A stretch of 64,000 nt of DNA from Moniliella sp. 'wahieum' (GCA_003971905.1 RSEE01000008.1:496001-560000); one strand, 5' to 3'. Positions 34,949 to 48,316 are shown, counted from the first letter of the stretch. Notes: generated by a model from the letters alone, not told the origin. Numbers and translations are program-made.

Positions 34949-36772
34949 GAGCGGTGAGGCCAGAGGGCGGAGGTGCGGGGGAAGGGAGAAGAGGGTGGTG
35001 GCAGACGGGCAAGGGGATCCTGAATTCACATTGGGGACTGGGAGAAGCGGCACGCTATACCCGAGGCAGACGAGCGTTGGGGATGTCCGAGGGGGGCTGG
35101 CAAAAACAGAGACCAAAGCGCCGCGGTTGGGGTAAAGAAGGCCACCCCGCCTTTTCACGAGCAGTCGTCACGCGTCACGCGTCGCGTCACACCGTCGGCG
35201 TTCACGGACTGTCACGCGCCAAGCCCCGGCTTGGTATGCAGTGACTAGCACGTCCAGTGCCTCTTTCCTTGGACGACGCGTGACGCGGGCGTAACCGGCG
35301 TAACCGGCGTAACGCGTGCGTGTCTGGCGGTTCCTTCTAAGTTTTTACATCCTTTCCGTCGCTGGTATCGATGGCCAACAGATCCCAGAAGAGCCAGGAG
35401 ATCCCATCAATACTACTTGCATCATCAAAACGTTCAACCTTCAACAAACGTTCAACGCCAACATCCATATTGGCCTGCCTGCGCACAGACCCCACACAGA
35501 CGGAGAGGTTTCTGCTTGTTCAAAGTCGATTGCCGTCGATTGGTTCAATCGTGTCACATACCCAATGCAACGAGGACGCTCAGGCTGAGCCTTAGCGCTG
35601 TGCCGCTGAGCCTCAGACCCTCCCTCAGGCCTCGGCCTCAACGGTCCAGCTGAGCGGCGAAGCACTGAGCGGCAGAGATGCGTCGTCTCTTTGGTCGGGG
35701 AACGGTGAACGGTTGACCGATGCTGGCCGAGGCAGCAAGATCTGGGTTGGGGCTGCCTGTGTTCGTGATAGTGGGTCGCACGGATGCCACAAGTGTAATA
35801 AGCTCCTACCATCCTACCTCCCATGTGTACTCGCTGAGTTGTGACATGTGAGTTGTGAGTGATGAGTTCACAGTGTTGTGAGTTGTGAGTTGCGAGCTGT
35901 GAGTTCTGAGAAGTGAGATCGATGTGATGTAGTGAGAGCTCAGTCTGAGTACTAGTACGAAGCGCTAAGCGCTAAACTCTATTCACATATTCACAGTGCT
36001 GGCCCGGGCACGGTCACGCGTCACGCCACGCGTCTCTTGATTATAATGACTAGTGGAGTCACTACTTCTAGTACTCTAGTTACTATATAGTTACTAGTTA
36101 AGCGACGAGCACACGCACCGTCTAACTCAAGGTTTCAGGCTCGTCAAACGGCTGACCAAGAATGGTGCTCAAGGAGGGGAGCCGGAGGAGCCCTGCCTGG
36201 GAAGGATCATTGAGAGGGTAGGATGGAGCAATGAAGCTTGGGTGAACACGATAAGGCCCAACTCCAATGGTCCAGGAGCCTCATCCTGTGAGCAACTGGA
36301 AGTTGTGCCCACCGGATCGTGGTGCAGCGCGCGAACCAGGCGCGCGCGGGGGGGGGGGGGGGGGGCAAATGATGAGGGAAGAAAGAACTGTAGTCTGTAA
36401 AGAAAAGAATGGAAGAGTAACTGATATCCCTTAAGAAAAACTAGAAATCCATGATCAACACGAGAACTGAGCCGTAACGAGATGGAAAGGGGTGGGGGGG
36501 AGACGTCGACAGATCCGTGCAGGTGGGTCTGGCGTGGGGGGGGGGGGGGCATATGCTGGGAGAGGGAGCGGGGGTAAAACAGGATGGGGCGGATGGAGGA
36601 TGGGGGGGAGGGGGAGGTTGCAGGTGAGTAGGTAGGCATAAGGGGATAATACATCTGGGAATCCATGGCCAGGAATCGAAGTGACATGGTACCCAGAGAT
36701 CAGGGTACGATGCGAGGCCAACTAGGACGGCATTCACATAAAACAAACAAAAGAGAAAGGAGGTGTGTGCAC

Positions 36773-37624
36773 TCATGCCCGGAAGTGACGACGGTGACGC
36801 GTGGCGTTGATGTTCGTCGCGGCAGCACCCGATGATGAAGCCAAGCCGGCCGAGTTCAGCACCTTCTCACCCAGCACTTGGGTTGGAAGCATGTTTGGAG
36901 GCCGCAATTGAAGGTACATGACAGACTGTAGGAAACATCCGGTGATCAGTATACTCTTTTGGCGGGAGGGGGAGACACAAGGACACAGGGAAACTCACCA
37001 TTTTCTGCCCAGCCTGGCCACCGCCGCCGTCTTGGAACATTTGCAGAGCATACGCTGGGCTCCCGTTGGCAGGATCATTCGCTCCAAAGCCCGAATCAGG
37101 CTCAATGTAGTTATACCACAAGGGGATGAGTTCAGGCTGGTAGTAGTAGTACTGAGTGAGTGTTTGGGCACCGCAGGCATCGATGATCATGATCTTGCCA
37201 TCCGCTTCCAAGGTTGGAGCGACAAACTTCCATTGGAGTTGATGAGGTACGTGCCATGCTGCCAGATCAGGGAGGCTTTAACGCATCGGTTGACGGTAGC
37301 TACGATAGGTGTCAGACCAGAGAAATGCAAGAAATGATACGTGGAGAAGGCGGAGAGGACGTACCATTGGAAGTGTAAATGTACTTGGATTGCTCAAAGA
37401 AGCCATCTTCGGTGAAGGAATAGGCAATGCCACCAGATGCTGGGATGGTGAACGCGGCCGTGCTGGGTTGAAGAAAGAAAGGCCAGTAGTGACGTTGCCG
37501 GAGCCGCTGGACCAAGTGCCTTCGAGGGAAGTGACATTGTTAAGCGCCTGCGCATGGGGGGCAGGACAGCCAAGCTGGCGGCGATGGCAGCAGCGACAGC
37601 AGTGGCGAGAGAGAGGGAGAGCAT
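36773..37624 (-). CDS. ROT1: Rot1 ER chaperone; 2 introns
   Basis: Signal peptide, then NNVTSLEGTWSSGSGNVTTG..FFNP, GIAYSFTEDGFFEQ, LIWQHGTY..NGSLSLQPWEADG and MYLQLRPPNMLPTQVL. Introns at 37364-37300 and 36998-36926. Confidence 0.93.
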
Positions 37625-39266
37625 GATGGATGATGGGCGGGGAAGCAAGGCGACAGAGGCCCGGGGGTCGCGGTGAGGCAGCAGGCCGAGGGGAAGGGGG
37701 CGGGGCAAGAGGTGGAGGGGAAAAGGAGCGGGAAGGGCGGGCAGGCAGAGGGCAAAGGAGCAGCTCAGAGAGCGGCCCAGGAAGATGGCGTGGTGGAGGC
37801 GGTGGAGGCAGTGGAGAGGGCAGGTTGGAGCGCGTGGCGATGCCACCGACTGGCTCGGGAAGAAAGGCGTTCGCAACGCCTCGCGCCGAAGGGCCAAGTT
37901 TCAAGGCGCGGGTTAGCTGACGGCCGCCTGCGCCTGTGCGTCGGGGGGTGATGTGTGATGCATGATGCATGGTGGTGGTCTGGTGTGGCTCCGGACGCGA
38001 GGCGAGGGCATGGAGGCACGAGCAGCTGGGCTCAGCCCCGTGGCACCGCCGCACTGGCCGATCGCAGCCGCCGCACCACACCACACACGCTGCGCGTGGG
38101 GCGGGGTGCCGGCCAGTGCTCCAGACCGCGTAGGAACATGGTGGGCGGAGGTCCGGTGCACAGGGGCAGTGTGCTCGCAGCGGCGTTGTTCCGAGCTGCA
38201 AGGCAGTCGCTAGTCGCTCCCAGCCCTGCGCTGGGGGGCTCAGGCGGCACCCCCGTTAGTACGTTTAGTAATGAGCTGCTGAGCCTGTGCTGCCCACGCC
38301 GAGCCAGGCGCAGCGCGCGAAGAGCCACGCCGTGGGATTGTGCCTCCAGAACTTCAGCCTCAGACCCTGAGGACTGCCTCCGGCCACCGGCCACCCAAGA
38401 TGAGCTCCCTGTTTCTCCCGGCATCCGCTCCATCTCACCTGGCCCAATGGACACCCCCAGATCCGCACCCAGATCCCAGATCCCAGGCCGATCCTACAGC
38501 TGAAAGGGCCTGCACCCACCCTACGGTGCCAAAAGAAGCTCCCGTGGCATGTGCCAGATGTGCTCTTTCGCCTACCAACGGAACGTACCGTACTGAGGCC
38601 TGGGGCGGCGTGCGGGGTGAGCTGACGCGCTGACTAGTGGCCCCGTCGCCACGCCGACAGTCTCCCAGGAGGACCGAGCGCTTTTCGTGCCATGTGGCAT
38701 GGGATGTCGACGTCCATCGAGCCGCTGGCTGAGAGGTCACCGACCGGTCAGGTGACCGCATCGGGCAGAATCAGTGGCACGTGACATGTGACAGTGCAAT
38801 TCGGCAGCACCTGGCCGGGCATCCAGATCGCAGGCGCCATGCTTCTGCCTGGGCCGCAGCCCCAGGCCACTACACCGCCTGCTAGTGTCACGCCATGTCA
38901 CGGGCGTCACTGAGGCAGTCACTCACATGATCTTCAATCACCTTGCGCACCATCCATCGTGTAATGTGTATGCCTCAGGGGCTGGCGGCAATGCAATGTG
39001 ATGTGGTTAGACCGAGTGCGGGTGTTGCCGGTCGCTGGGACGCGCGAATTGAACGTTCACGCTGGGCATTGAAAGTTGAAATGAAGGCCGCACAAGCAGT
39101 TGGAAAATGAAACCAACACCTCGCGTGCCATTTCACACGACTGGTTCGCTTGGTCGGAGCTGAAGGGTGGGGCGCAGTGTTGTGCTACCCGCCTGTGGTA
39201 CACCACAATGTGCCCCGCCCCTCGCACGCACCACCGCCACTCTCCTTCGCCCCCCCCCCCGGCCCC

Positions 39267-40721
39267 ATGGCTTCCGCCGCTTCCCAACGCCTCCATTCGC
39301 CTCCCACAAACCCCAACGACTCCCCAGCTGTTCTTGAGCCATCCCCCAGCAGAAGGCGCATCCACAGTACCGCCCCCCGCCCTCCACCCGCACAGACCTT
39401 AACCTCCCGCCTCGCCAATGCGACGAAATACCAGGCAAGCGCCTCACGAGAATGACGTGGGGTCCGAGCCATTGAGCTCCTTACTCGCCAGCCGTTTGAG
39501 TACAATCCTGGGCGTCTTTGGGCGGCTAGAGGTTCCGCAGCACATGGACTCCCTAATCGAATACCTCTCCTCCTGGGGTGGCACAGACAAAGCCCTAATG
39601 ATGTCCCAATACGGTGTCCGTCTCCTTGTCGCTCTTTATTCAATCCAACATAGGGCACGTGCATGGGTCTTTGCTGGGTCATCCGCCTCCCTCCCCTACG
39701 GTGGATCTTCCACCGCCCGTCGCTTTGCTGCTTTTGGTGATGCCTGTGCCGACGCCCGTACGCTGTTCCGGGTCTTGACCATTCTCCCGGTCATTCGATG
39801 GGTTCGTTTATTCTCTTTGACGATGCCGTTCTAACATTGACTCTGTTTCTGTTGCAGATGATCCAAATCGAGCATGTTCAGCCACGGACAAGACTGCTGT
39901 CCAATGTTGAGCGTCTCCAAGGGTGGTCGCTCCTCTTCTGCCTTCCTCTCGAGTTGGTCGCTTACTTGGGAGCCCATTCGGTCGTTCCCATGAGGCGCAG
40001 GGCCCATCGGCGTCTCGCGCTTTATTCTGCCCGGTTTTGGGTCGCATACCTGTTGCTTCAATGCCTGCACTTGATGGAAGAAAATCGGCTCTGCCGGCTG
40101 CAGGCGCGCGCTTTGGAACGCACACGAGGACATCCCGTCCCACTCCCTTCGCTGTCTCCTCGACCCAGTGTGGTGGGCTTGTCCCCAGCCGAGGGTGCGC
40201 CCACCTCCCTGTCCAGTTACTATCGTAAGCCCGAAGAGAAGCCACCTCGGTTGCATAGCTCGGCCAAGAAGGCAGCCCAGCGGGCCGCCGTTCGACCTGA
40301 AATGTTTGAGGAGTATCACAATGACCCCAAGGCGGCAGAACGAGCGGTAACAAGAGCGTTGTGGGACGAGCTGGACGACAGGAATCATGACATTCTCGTG
40401 TCGCTTTGGTTGTGCCTAGGCTACCTTCCTCTCGTGCTTGGATCGGCTACAGGGCTTCGACGTCGGCCAGGAGAAGCGCCGGGTACCTACCGCATTTCCA
40501 CTTTGTCAAACTTGGTTCAGGGTGCGCTGGGATCACTCACTGCCCTCTTCTCCTTCCGTCATGGCTGGCGTGTGGCCGCTGCCAAGGCCCGTAGTCGTAG
40601 CAAGCTGCAGCGGCAGCTGCGACGAGTAAGTATGCCTACGCTGTCGACGGGGAGAGCCATTTGGCAATGGCCGAGGAACGACCAGCACTCTTGCCCTCTG
40701 ATTTTGCCCCGTGAAAATTGA
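39267..40721 (+). CDS. PEX11: PEX11-family peroxisomal membrane protein; 1 clear intron
   Basis: LIEYLSSWGGTDKALMMSQYGVRLL, DARTLFRVLTILPVIRW, ERLQGWSLLFCLPLELVAYL and SARFWVAYLLLQ. Intron at 39802-39857. The 3' end is uncertain. Confidence 0.8.
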
Positions 40722-41155
40722 ATCCGCTCCAGGCCGGGTCAATGTGTTCATATCCCCTGCGTGGCGAGACCTCTTTCTTCCAGCCCATCATTTCGATCTA
40801 ACCTTGGTCAATCGTTTCTTTTTACGACTTTTTTTGTTCTACTCATTGGTCACTGTCGTTACACTTTGCATGCGAATGATGCCGGGACAAAGGTAGAGTT
40901 TTGGTTCTTTGGCTTGCTGGCCAGAAACATTGGTCATAGGGCCAGAAGAGATCAGAACGGAAAAGGTAAGACCAAGACAAAAAAAGAAACGCAGGTTAGC
41001 AGATCAGTGAATGGAGAAAGAAGGAAAGAAAGGAAAAACTTATGTGTGCAGGATATGCGTGGTACTACAGTTACGGTAAGTGGAGTGTATCGGCCAAGAG
41101 ACAATCAAGTTTAGCAGCAATCTGCAATAGCTGGGTTTCGACCTTCGCGTAGGAG

Positions 41156-44100
41156 TCAAGAAGCAGGAGGGCAAGGGGATGGCATGGGTGGTTGGTGGAT
41201 ATCCTGTTCCCCACCCGTGGGAGGCACAGCAGATATGCCACATAATGATGGGTTTGAAGAGAATAGGAGTTGTTCAGGCATGCTTTGATCTTGGTTGGTT
41301 GTCAGGTTCAGCTTACGTGTTCGAACGGAGAAAGAAGCCTCATCCATCAGGTTGTACACCAAGTCCAACGGGCTATAAGGTGTCTTCCCTTCGGGCAGGT
41401 CGGGCACAGAGGACACATTCTCTCCCGGAACAGGAATGGAAGGGCCCAACGCGGGTGGGTTGCGGAGCAAAGAGCCCAAGGCTGGTGCGGAGCTACCCAC
41501 AAGATCGATGCTCTGGCTTCGGTGTATGTGAGACCAGCTGGGGAACACCAGAGTCGGGCTATCCCGAAGCGGTCCTTGAACTGAAAGTGAACGTCCATGA
41601 ACCGGGGCATCCGTCGCTTCGTTGTCGGTTTTCGTCCCTGCTGTTTCACTTGACAATGTGGGAAGGGGGAAAGAAACAGACGAAGCAATGGAAGAGCCTT
41701 GGTTGACTCGGACCACGTATGCCCGTTTGAGTGACTTTGTTGTCTGGCGTGTGGGGTCGACGGTAGCCTTGCCCAAAATATCGACGCTATCCAACCCATC
41801 AATGAGTTCTCCATCGCTGTGTTCACTGATCGAACCGGTTGCCGTAGAAGCCACAGAGAAAGAGCGTTCATCGGGACTGCTTGCAAGGACCGGTGCACTG
41901 TCTCTCAGTAATGGGGAAAGCGCCGTCGGGGTTCCTGGGTCATCCTGATCCAAAGAAAAGAGCTGCTCCAAGAGTGACTGGCGCCGAGGGGAAACTGTCC
42001 CCGCATCTGATGACCCACTGTGGTTCACTGAATCGTGTTGATCCAGATAATGAGATAAACCGGTGCCGTAGTCATCGTCGTCATCTTCGTTCAGCACGGC
42101 GTTCAGTATGTCATCAAGCATACTCTCATTTTCCGTCTGTTCCTCTTCGTTATCATATGAAACAGAACGCTGGCGGTCAAAGGGGGACACTAACCCAAGT
42201 GAGGCAGTCGAAGTAGTGTCGGATGCGGAATCATGCGCCGTTGACCCAGAGCTTCTGGGTGTTGAGTTCAAGCCTTCATGGTGTTCAAGGTTGTTACCAT
42301 CAAAAAATGTCATGGTATTGGGGCTGTTGTAGAGAGAATCGAACAGAGACCGTCGCTGAGCGTCGTGCTTGGTGGATTCCAAACCTGGCTCCAACGTGGG
42401 GCTCCAACCGCAAACCGGACCTTTCCTAGTCACCACAGATGTGGACAACCGACGAATAGTTTCGGTCTGGCGGAGAATGAAGGTTGGGTCTGACGGACGC
42501 AAGGCGGAGACAATGTTCTGGGTCAAGGGGGAACCGATTCTCTGATGTGTGGAGCCGGAGATTGAGGCCAAAGGTGGGGCATTGTGGAGAGGTGGTGGTT
42601 GGGAAAAGGCTTCGTACACAGATGCACTTAGACGGAGTGCACGTTCGGTGTTGTCTTGACTTACCATCGTTAGACCGTAACTCACCGTACCTTCTTCTTC
42701 CCCGGTGGGTGCTCCAGAAAGCCTGGCGGTCTCATCGCCACCGTCTGATACGCCAGGCACATTAAAGTGCTCCAGGGCAAGTTCTACCAGTTCAGCGGCA
42801 GTAGCGGATCGGGCGAGAGTCAAAACAGCTTCGGCGTATGATCTTCTCTGGTTCGTAGGGACAATGGTGGAATGCCTCTTTTGTATCACCGTGCCGGAGG
42901 CGTCCAGCGTCAGCGACCGAGGAAGGTCATCTATAAGCAGAACGATGCGCACGCCAAAACGCAACGGCGTGTGTGAAACTGATGGGGAAGAGAGTCTTGA
43001 TGCGGAATAAGGGGCTACTCTGCTACTCTTGGATGCACTAAAGTTCCCAATCGGAGCCAAAAAGAACTTGAATGTGTGGTCATCGTAAAAATCGCTACTC
43101 CAACGCCGCTCGGAAGAGGAGACAGGGGCGCCTCCGTCTAAACTGAGAGCAGACCAACGCACTGATGGAAGGGACTTTTTCGTCAACCCTTCGTACACCT
43201 TCAGAGGATGCTCGTCAGGTTCAAGTGTCCACTCATCACCATCCAACACATGAACTCGAAGGGAAAAGCTGCTTTCCAGCGACTTGCGGTTTCCCTCCCA
43301 CTCGCCCCGGCCAGCGAGCCCGAACCGCTGGACCGCCTGAAGCACAATTTCTCGCGATGTCGTCGACTCGGTGAGAAGCACTGTCTTGTATGCCACACTG
43401 GTGCCCAACATTGCCATAGCAAAGACACGGATGACATGGAGGGTGTACCGGCCTGCTTCGCCTGGAGGGATTTGTAGGCTCCCGCGAGTGCGTTTGCCCA
43501 TGGCAGAGTCAACCAAAAGGGATGTTGAGGTCCCTGCCGCATTGAAGGTGGAAACGCTGGGCTCCGTGATGAGAGTGTTTTGAGGCGGTAAGTTGTTTTC
43601 CCGTATGGACGTAACCGTTGAGTCGTCAGAAAATGATGAAGTCGACAATGGCTCTGGTTGCGTCCTCGGGTCTGGGGGAAGAATGGACCCATTGTTTGAT
43701 AGGGAGTTGGGCGCATCGAGGCTCCCCATTCTGGCCAAAGCAGTTGCATTGTTGACATTCGCCTCGTTCAAACCGTTTGAGCTTGGCTGTACCACAGCAC
43801 CCCCCATTAAGGGGAACTCATGGTGAGAGAAGAAGGCACATCCGATACGAGGTGCTCCTTGAATGTGATCGTTCGTATTTGTGTGAATACGTCCTCTTGG
43901 TGCTGAAGCTCGAGCTGTGCGGCGTAGTAAGCCTCCTGCTGGGCGTAGTATTCGCTACTTCTGGAATATGAAGAGCCTTGACCACCCGAAAGCCAGAGGT
44001 TTGGTGAAGAGTTGTTGCCGGTGTTGGCGTGGTGAACGGGGGGGTGCGGTTCAATACTTGTCGCGTATTGGGTCGGCATCAGTTGTTGAGCTGGGTTATC

Positions 44101-45113
44101 AGAGTGATGAGGAGCATTAGCAGGTTCGAGTGGGGTCTGCTTCCCCTCATCCTCCAACGCAACAAGATCAACCTCAAAAGCGGTTCCAGCGCTGGAGCTA
44201 GACCATTCGTCCTGGTCACTCAGTTCTTGCACCATAATCGGACCGAAATCAACCGATGGCTTGCTCTTTAGTTCTACCTTCCCTTCCTCAAGTACTCCGC
44301 CATGACGCCGCGATAGGGCAGAGAGTTTTCCCGAGGCCGGATGCGGTTGAGCCTGTCCCCTCATTTTGATCAAGTGCGAATTGTGCACTCTGCGTTCCAC
44401 CTGGACATTGTCCGCTTGCGTTGGCGACGCCACCGCTACGTTGCGGTACCGATTAAGACGCGCCAGGCGCTCAAAAGGGCTCTCAATGTTTTCGGCAGGG
44501 ATGTAGCCCACTTCCTCAGAGTGAATCACACGGACGAGCCACCTGTGGCGTTCAACGTACGTAAGGTTAGTCCCTCTTTGTTATACGAGCCACAAATGAA
44601 TGAAAACAAGACATACCAGTACGAGTTGGAGTCATCAAGGAGAACAAGCGGGTTTCCTCTGCAAACCGTAGCCTGGCCTTGGACTGTTGCGAAGAAATTG
44701 TGCAGGGCATAGACATGGTCGAACTGAATGTCCTCCTCTGGGATTGAAGATGAGGAGAGGTAGTCTTCATCTAAATCTTCATCAGAATCTTGCTCCGGTA
44801 CCTCTTCTTCGATACTGAGGTTCTCGTGTTGTGAGGAAATATAGTAACGGAGAGGGACAGAGGCTGCGCTATGCTCGGAGGTTGGAGGTGGGAGTGGGTC
44901 ACGGTCGTCACCAGAGTCATCTTGTGTGTCCAGGAAGGACTCTTGAATGTCATCGAGATGTGAGTATGGGGCATGAAAGGACTGTTGCTGGTGTTGTTGC
45001 TGGTGCTGTGGCTGTTGCTGTTGCATCCCTTCGATCCTGTCGTCAGGGGAAGGGGTTGTAGTACGAATGACAGCATCAAGGTAGGCAAACTGGGTGGAAA
45101 GTGGGGAAGACAT
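41156..45113 (-). CDS. tea4: Tea4/Bud14-like SH3-domain polarity protein with Ras-association-like region(s); 1 intron
   Basis: SSSIPEEDIQFDHVYALHNFFATVQGQATVCRGNPLVLLDDSNSYWWLVRV..EVGYIPAENIESPFERLARLNRYRN (the Bud14/Tea4 SH3 and flank), and an RA-like VIRVFA..YKTVLLTESTTSREIVLQAVQRFGL. Intron at 44616-44543; frameshift near 43807. Confidence 0.88.
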
Positions 45114-46809
45114 GGTGCTTTTGCTGTGCAGTAGAGGGGTGTGTGTGATGCCTGGGGCGCCCGGTGTTGGGCAGCATTCATGCGCGGAAAGATGGGGGGT
45201 TGGTCAGAGAATGGACGACAACGTCGGTGGTGGTGTGGTTCAAGAGAGAAGGGCGCATGAGTCGCTAGCTAGTTGGACTCGTACCGCCGAAATGTTGATC
45301 CCCTTTCGTTGCACCGAACAATCGTGCACTGGTTAAGCGCCAGCAGTTGGAGTGGCGGTGGCTGCGGTGTATATTTTTTAGGTTCACAGAACCCACACTT
45401 CGCCGAAAGCCCGATCACAGAGGAGAGGAGAGGGGCATTGCATATACGTCGCAGCAGCACATATCTGTTTGCTTGTGCGGTTAGACAGCGCTGACAGCTG
45501 CTCAGACAGCCCTATACAGCCCAGGAGGTCAGGAGAGAGCGGAGGTCGCAATTTCCCTCCATGGTCTGATGCACCTGATGACCCGCACAGAGTATCAAGG
45601 AGACGAAACATTCATGGCTATGAACGGGAAAAAGAGGATCAAGCTTTATCGATTATCGATCATCGACCAAGAGAGGCGATGGGACCCTACTTGGGGAGGA
45701 AGCACACAGGTCCTCTCTGGATAGATTTTGTGCACAGAGAGATTGAATGGGCAGGCCCCCTGTAAGACATTTTGCCTTCAAAAGCGTAGAATGTGTGGTT
45801 GTTGCTTACTCGAAATTATCACAGGAAAACCTTTTGCTGGGAAGGCCACTCAATATACCCAAGCTATCCAAGGCGACTCTCTTCTGAATCGGCAACATGA
45901 AAAGAACCGAGAAAAGATATTTTGTTCCAGGATAGCTCATATGATGTGTGAAGTGCATGAAGCTTGAAGCTAGCTTGAAGCTTGAAGACGATATATGTGC
46001 CGATGTCCAGCCTTATGCCTTAGGCCCGATGCGACGGCTAGTGATTTACAGTGACTAGTAGGGTGACATGTGACAGTAACTATTAGTGAAAGTGACTATA
46101 GTGACCAGTGACTAGTGACTAGCGGTTTGCCGCGCCTGGCCCTGCCTAACCAACGATGTGAAAGATTGCAACAGTGCGCATGCAGAACGCAGCGATTTGT
46201 TTGTCCGTGATGACCACGTGTGATGCGGCGGTGACAGGCACGTGATGTCGACGGTCACCGGTCACATGGGTCACATGTCACATGTCACACGGCACAGACC
46301 GAAAAACCCCCCCAAAGGCCGTGACATGGAGCTTTGTAATTTAGTCGTCGCAACGGAATGCCGGCGAGTGGCGCGAGTCCTGCGACGCTGTCTCGGCGTC
46401 AGATCGAAGCAGCTTGTACAATGCGCCCAGCGACACTGGCGCCATGGAGGCCCAGCCGTTCTTGATCTCAGGGGCGGGGATGGGAGCCAGGGTAGTCCGG
46501 TCACCGGTCGATCCCAGTCAAGGCTGGAACGGAGGTGCTCGCACTGCCCCCTTGGCCCCACCTGGCCTTTGGGGTTGTGCCAACACGACTATATGTTTTG
46601 CGCAACGAATCGGATTCACCTCGGCGACAGCCCACTCTCTTGCCCCACTGCGGCCTCTCTCTGGTGCTTGCTGGGTACCCAGGCTGGGTGCGCAGTCGGT
46701 GCGTGGCAAACTCGCGTTGGCAGCGCTTGTGGTCTCCCCAGGCAGCACGACGTGCCCACTCTGCCCTCCTCTTTCCCAGCAACTCCATCCCGCCCTCCAC
46801 ACCACCATA

Positions 46810-48316
46810 ATGGCGCCTGCTCTGAGTCTGGCCCCGCCATCTCAAGCGCCGTACAGCCCGGCCACCAACGGCCATTCTCCATCGGCGCCAGCGCACCAGG
46901 ACCCGCTGGCCCAGATTCTTGCGGGGCTGCAAACTCTCCAGACCCAGCTTACCCACCTCCACTCGCGCATGGACCATCTTGAGGAGACCAGCTCTTCCCC
47001 GTCTCTGGCACCCCAGCCCGGCCTTTCTCCTCTCCCCAGCTCGTCCCATGGCCTTTCGCTCGCGCACCCGGGCCCCGGCCTACTTCGAACCCAGTCTTTG
47101 ACCGGCTCTACCACCGCTGATCATATGGCCCCGCACCTCTCTTTGCCCACTGCCCTAAGCCAACCGGCGCCGATCCTAGCAGCGTCACCCAAACTCAACC
47201 TTTGGTGCGTTGTTCCCGCCGGGCGCCGGCACCCGTCTCTGGCCTCTGAGCCGCGAAAGGTACCCAAAGTTTCTACTTGACCTGACCGGAGCTGGACGCA
47301 CCTTGCTCCAAGGCACGTGGGACCGTCTGTTGCCTCTGGCTGGGCCAAGTCATATGATGATTGTCACAGGTGCGGCTCATGCCCCGGCTGTAGCCCACCA
47401 GCTTCCCGACTTGGATCCGAAGAACTTGCTCACAGAGCCTTCGCCCAAAGAGAGCATGGCGGCCATTGGGTTGGCAGCTGCCGTGCTCTACCACCGCGAT
47501 CCGGATGCGGTGCTCGGAAGCTTTGCCGCCGACCACATTGTCAGTGGCCGGGATGCATTCGAGTCGGCGGTACGCGAGGCGACGGCCGTGGCGGAGCAGG
47601 GGTACCTGGTGACCATTGGGATTGCCCCCTCGCATCCGAGCACAGGCTTTGGATACATTAAGCTGGGCAAGTCTCTGGTTGGGATCGAGGCAGCCCCCAA
47701 TGCACGCGTGGTTGCCGACTTTGTCGAGAAGCCCGATGCCAAGACGGCCTCGGCGTACCTCAAGACGGGCGAGTACCGCTGGAACGGGGGGATGTTTGTC
47801 GTCAAGGCCAGGGTCCTGCTTGACCTCTTGGCTCACACCAAACCCGAGCTTCACAGGCTTGCTGCAAGTTGGGGCCGCCTGGGACGAGGGGCCCGAGGCC
47901 AGGAAGGTTGCCTTTGCCGAGATTTGGCCGCAACTGGAAAAGATCGCGATCGACCACGCGGTTGCCGAGCCAGCGGCCAAGCTGGGCAAAGTTGCTGTCG
48001 TTCCGGCTACATTTGGGTGGGACGACGTGGGCGACTTTGCCTCGCTCGCAGGCCTGATTCCCGCCGAGAAGGGCGAGGCGAGAGTGCTGGGGACCATCGG
48101 TTGGTCATCACTGAGTCGCAGGCGGGAGGGATCATCGTACCGGCTGCGGGCGGCCAATAGCATGCCTGGGGCTGGATGACGTGGTGGTAATTGACACACC
48201 GGATGCTCTGTTGGTCACCACCCGCGCGCAGCCAAGATGTGAAGAAGGTTGTGCGCGTGCCAAGATGGTGTATCCGAGCTTGGGCTAGGCTCCCCACACC
48301 AGGGCACATGCTCTGA
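46810..48316 (+). CDS. manC: Mannose-1-phosphate guanylyltransferase, bacterial ManC/GMP type, with an N-terminal extension; no introns seen; frameshifted
   Basis: WCVVPAG(G)AGTRLWPLSRERYPKFLLDLTG, EPSPKESMAAIGLAA, GSFAADH, STGFGYI, FVEKPDAKTA, YRWNGGMF, IAIDHAVAEP, GWDDVGDF and GLDDVVVIDTPDALLV. Confidence 0.92.

Noticed and set aside
35316..35588. Small ORF with a signal-peptide-like start
   Set aside because: Starts at GTG, lies between palindrome tracts and has no recognisable homology.
40594..40608. SKL tripeptide in the PEX11-like protein as a PTS1
   Set aside because: It is internal, not C-terminal, in the visible frame.
47273..48199. 308-aa antisense ORF over the ManC-like gene (similar shadows over BST1, NDK and MP88-like)
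   Set aside because: Expected from GC-rich codon bias; the sense strand carries all conserved motifs.
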